A DNA stretch of 64,000 nt. Source: Eledone cirrhosa (Eukaryota). Below the pieces are notes generated by a model. That model worked only from the letters and a program-made list of their open reading frames with translations. It did no database searches and was not told the DNA's origin. How positions within the stretch are numbered: position 1 is the stretch's first letter; each line of letters starts with the position of its first letter. The translations under genes were made by a program, and so were the position numbers. The DNA lies in contig OZ024740.1 in assembly GCA_964016885.1 (NCBI GenBank), positions 187,736,001 through 187,800,000 of the forward strand, in the 5' to 3' direction. Positions 60,183 through 64,000 of this stretch are shown here, piece by piece.

Positions 60183-60783
60183 TATATATATATACATATA
60201 CACACCAGTGATAAAATGTTGTTTGTTTGGGTGTTGTTATTCCATTCCAATAAATGGAATAACAACAAGACTGACCTAAGAGAAGTATAAATAAATAAAT
60301 ACATACACAAGCACAATAACAACAAACACAAATAAACACACACTAGTAAAGATAGAATATATTAACCAATACACAGCCACCCAATCACGAACACACATCA
60401 AACAAATCACTATACACACACGCAAACGCATGCGCAAAGAAGACAAAATAAAATAAACAAATAAATAAATAAATAAATAAATAAACAGACTAAATAAAGA
60501 TGGCGTAGGCATACAACACAACGGGAGGAAACATAATAGCACCACTGACAATGTTGCAGATGTGCAACGAAAGAACTTTCATAAACCATGTATATGTGTT
60601 TGTGTCTATATTGTATCTGTATTTTTGACTGTTGGTCAGTCAATGGCAACATTGAGGACCGAATAAATTAGATTCCGATATAAAAGACACAGAAGCGAAA
60701 AGCGATAACCAACCAAACAGTGAGTGTGTTCTGTTATTAATTCTGGCAATATTACACAAATATGACCCTCCCCAAGTATAACA

Positions 60784-60814
<31 letters not shown>

Positions 60815-61661
60815 ATTCGGTCTAGATTACCATCTATGGACGATCTACTTATATTATAACTCCTCGCCAATCTAGGCATATGAAACTGATTGGAATAACT
60901 TCTACGGTGGATATACATATGTTGTGACTACTCGCCAGATGTGCCTTATACAGGGACTAAACCATATTTGTTGTGTATTATAAGTACCAGTAATGCACTG
61001 GGTAATTGCTGGCCTTGTGCCTAAAGTAGAAACAATTATTTGCTTCTGCTTGATCCTGCATTAACCCTGCTATGTTTGTGCTTGGCTTGTATTGATGTGA
61101 TGCCTGTCTATGTGTAGGTTTATCACCGCTGGTCCACGTACTTCCGTAACCTACTAGTATACCCTGATTATGTATACTATGGAGAGGAATAAAATCCCCT
61201 TTGGACTTTCTGAAGGTACCTTAGGGGCCTCTTAGTATTTCTATAACTCTAAGTTATGGAAAACTAAATCACCTGTTCTATATAGCTTCCTCTGGCTTTT
61301 GTGTGCTTTAATTTTTTATTTAGTTTTAATGTGTGCTTCTTAATTTTTTATTTAGTTTTAATTATTTATTTATCTTTTTATATTATTTATACTATTATTT
61401 TTTAAAACTTTATTGTTATATGTTTTAACTATCGTTAAATGCTTTATTTGTTTATGTGCGTCCTCACGTGCTTCCGCCTCTTGTGAGAAAATCTGCCTAT
61501 ATCCTCATATGTAGTTATAATGTTGAATAACAACCCCATTATGCATTCTCTCCATCCTTTCCATTTCTGATCTCCCTCTTATTACCCTGTACTGTATTTC
61601 TAATGTTCATGTGACTAAGCTTTGTCGAGCTTATACTCAGCACTGTATTTTTGTTTATAAA

Positions 61662-61706
61662 GCTCTGATGATTCCTACCTCATGGTATGGATGAAACATT
61701 GTCAGC
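61662..61706 (+). ncRNA. Minimal type I hammerhead ribozyme (GUC site) in pLTR-like insert 60813-61852
   Basis: GCT-CTGATGA-tTCC TACC tcat GGTA t GGA t-GAAAC att GTC-AGC. Confidence 0.8.
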
Positions 61707-61916
61707 AAATTAAAATTGTATGAGTATGTGGGCGTTCTTTGATTTGTTTTACATATAACGCCTCTGTTCTTGTACATTGAGCTAATACAATACTGTCACA
61801 AATATGACATAGTACAGGTGCATTTATGCATATACGATTCATTGTCTACGTAAATATATATATATATGTATATATATATATGTATATATATATGTATATA
61901 TATATGTATATACATG

Positions 61917-61947
<31 letters not shown>

Positions 61948-61984
61948 GTATATATATATGTATATATATATGTATATATATGTA

Positions 61985-62067
61985 TAACGAAGGAAATGTG
62001 GTACGGAACCAGATGGATCATAACGCACCAAAGTACTCAATACTTAGGGTAGTAGAGTGGGTAATAC
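61985..62067 (-). mobile_element. Solo tail of family B in (TA)n
   Basis: Matches 24036-24116 and stops at the gggtaata boundary. Confidence 0.8.
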
Positions 62068-62087
62068 TATATATATATGTATATATG

Positions 62088-62135
<48 letters not shown>

Positions 62136-62136
<1 letters not shown>

Positions 62137-63545
62137 CAATGAGTATAGCGAGGAATTTAGCGTACAGGTCGGTGTCCATCAGGGCTCTGTACTTAGCCCT
62201 CTCCTGTTCATCATAGTCCTGCAGGCAATGACGAAGTAATTCAAGATCGGATGCCCATGGGAACTCCTGTATACAGATAAACTCGCACTTATAGCTGAAT
62301 CTATGGTAGAACTAGAGAAGAAATTCCAAACTTGGAAGCAGGGACTAGAAAGAAAGGGTCTCAAAGTCAATCTGACAAAGACTAAGATCCTTGTAAGTAG
62401 ACGAGCAAACAGAACCCAGATCCCCTCAGGGAAATGGCCTTGCTCAGTATGTAGGAAAGGTGTAGGTAGGAACTACATTCTCTGCCCCAAATGTAAACAA
62501 ATGGTACACAAGAGATGTAGCGGGATCTCAGGAAGCTTAACTAAGAATGTAGGCTTCACATGTAACAGCTGTACTGGGACAGTAAGCAGCAAACAGCTAC
62601 AGGAATAAAGTACCACCAATCTCTGGGAAGGCGCTGTAGAGACAGTAGACATCTTCTGCTACCTAGGTGACCAAATTAGCAGCAGAGGTGGGTGTTCAGA
62701 AAGTACAATAACTAGGGTAAGACCGGGATGGAAGAAGTTCAGGGAGCTACTGCCACTGCTAGCTGCAAAAGGCTCTTCCCTCAAAATGAAAGGCAGACAG
62801 TATGATGCGTGTATACGAACAACAATATTACATGGTAGTGAGACCTGGGCACTGAATGTGGAAGACTTGCGTAGATTAGAAAGAAACGAACCCTGCATGC
62901 CCCGATGGATGTGTAATAGTAATATACGCGAACGGCAAAGCATAGATGAATTGAGAGAGAGACTGAGCATAAGAGGAATCAAATGCCGTGTGCAGGAGAG
63001 GCGGTTGCATTGGTATGGACATGTGATGCATATGAAGGATGACAGCTGCATAAAAAGTTGCAGAGTACTAGAAGTCGATGGAAACCACGGAGTGGGGAGA
63101 CCCAAGATGACCTGGGATGAGGTGATAAAAGCTGACCTTAATTAATTACACCTCTCAAAGGCGATGACATACGACCGTGACCTCTGGCTTCACGCAGTAA
63201 TACAGAGTACCTGACCCCCCACGGGTACAAGCCGAAGCTGAAGCATATAGACAATATGCCCCCACACCCTCCCACTGCAAAGTGGTCATGGGGATGCCAC
63301 GGTATAAAAGCACCCAGCCCACACTGTAAAATGGACGTGTAGGCACCACGGAAAAAAGCACCCAGCACTAACTGTAAATGAGGTTGGTGTTAGGAAGGGC
63401 ATCCGGCTGTAGAAATCAAGCCAGAATCAGTTCCCGTATGAGCAAGACAAGGTCAGCCGACCGGACACTGCCCACAACAGGACAAGCTGTCTAACCCATG
63501 CTAGCGTTGAAGAACTGACGTAAAATGGTGATGATGATGATGATA
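62136..63545 (+). mobile_element. RTE-clade LINE, 5'-truncated, with Cys-rich insert in ORF2
   Basis: VGVHQGSVLSPLLF, LLYTD (YADD region), GLKVNLTKTK, KWPCSVC...CPKC...HKRC...CNSC, LHGSETW, RLHWYGHV and GRPK. (GAT)n tail. Several stops. Confidence 0.9.
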
Positions 63546-63627
63546 TATATACATATGTATATATATATATGTATATATATATATGTATATATATATGTAC
63601 ATATGCATATATATATATGTGCATGTG

Positions 63628-63663
<36 letters not shown>

Positions 63664-63770
63664 CATATATATATGTGTGTGTGTATATATATATGTGTGT
63701 GTGTATATATATATATATCCATACATATGTGTGTGTATATATATATGTATATATACAAACACATATATAT

Positions 63771-64000
63771 TGGCCTTGCAATCGAAAGGTTGTGAGTTCA
63801 ATTCTCAGACCGGATGATGTGTTGTTTCCTTGAGCAAGACACTTTATTTCACATTGCTCCCGTTTACTCAGCTGTAGAAATGAGATGATAGGGACTGGGA
63901 TCCATATCATTCCATTGCAAAGTGGTTGTGGAGGTGCCACGGCAAAAGAGCACCCAGCACTCACTGTAAATGAGGCTGGTGTTAGGAAGGGCATCCAGCT
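63771..64000 (+). mobile_element. tRNA-derived SINE with RTE-shared tail (runs off the window)
   Basis: B-box gagttcaattct, body ccttgagcaagacactttatttcacattgctcc, tail ggtgttaggaagggcatccagct. Confidence 0.75.

Overview
AT-rich animal genomic DNA with no confidently supported host coding exon. The repeat inventory (RTE LINEs with (GAT)n tails, tRNA-derived SINEs, kb-long (TA)n arrays) resembles a cephalopod/mollusc genome, which is an inference. Bases 1-17 kb are old, decayed intron/intergenic-like sequence, and a small CpG-containing promoter-like island with a splice donor lies at about 17.2-17.45 kb. Bases 18-64 kb are long G-interrupted (TA)n arrays filled with retroelements: Penelope-like (PLE) pieces from at least 7 families with GIY-YIG coding remnants plus several pLTR-only pieces, a CR1-like LINE, an L1/Tx1-like 3' fragment, RTE LINEs, SINEs and three non-autonomous Helitron-like elements. 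Two patterns stand out. (1) The PLE 3' repeats carry a diverse set of hammerhead ribozyme folds, including a compensated U3-A8 core, U4 variants and very long stem II arms. (2) About 10 insertions in (TA)n are 'two-tailed': both ends are element 3' ends in inverted orientation, taken from two recurrent family-specific TA-containing priming sites. Nearly all long Y/I/C/M-rich ORFs in the ORF track are microsatellite artefacts. All calls were made by eye; no searches or folding programs were run.
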